A program made the position numbers and the translations under genes. Below are positions 7,162 to 7,276 of a stretch of 7,276 bases of DNA, in pieces. The stretch spans positions 1 through 7,276 of the forward strand of contig JADGIF010000519.1 of assembly GCA_018985225.1 (NCBI GenBank), read 5' to 3'. Position 1 is the stretch's first letter. Every line of letters begins with the position of its first letter. Origin of the DNA: Amoeboradix gromovi X-113. Lineage: Eukaryota > Fungi > Sanchytriomycota. The notes under the pieces were generated by a model, which was given only the letters and a program-made list of their open reading frames with translations, did not search any database and was not told the origin of the DNA.

Positions 7162-7266
7162 TGCAATATCCGGGCAAGAGTGTAGTATAGCATCTTTTGA
7201 ATCAGAACTGGCTCAAAGCACCTGGAATTTGTGCATGACTACAACTCTACCCTCATTGGCTTTGCA
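7162..7266. other. Nested imperfect inverted repeat / candidate structured RNA
   Basis: Concentric complementary blocks found by eye, with core agag-tgtagt (7177-7186) pairing with actaca-a-ctct (7238-7248). No family assigned. Confidence 0.3.
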
Positions 7267-7276
7267 ATTAGAGATT

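Overview
AT-rich (roughly one-third GC by eye) window from a gene-dense microbial eukaryote, most consistent with a compact, intron-poor early-diverging fungus or fungal relative (inference). It holds four credible single-exon genes about 0.5 kb apart: (1) an Fe(II)/2-oxoglutarate dioxygenase of the gamma-butyrobetaine hydroxylase/Aim17 family (507-1682 +); (2) a receptor-like protein with signal peptide, LRRs, Ser/Thr stalk and one TM helix (2181-3275 +); (3) a shortened, divergent MSH2 with an altered Walker A (3766-6003 -); (4) a small secreted protein with 10 regularly spaced cysteines (6541-6996 -). All four have AATAAA overlapping or within about 10 nt of the stop codon. The best leads are the plant-RLP-like LRR protein, the orphan Cys-rich secreted protein, the reduced MSH2 and a nested imperfect hairpin at 7162-7266. 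I see no mobile element, CRISPR array, tRNA or rRNA, and no evidence that the four genes form a single system.
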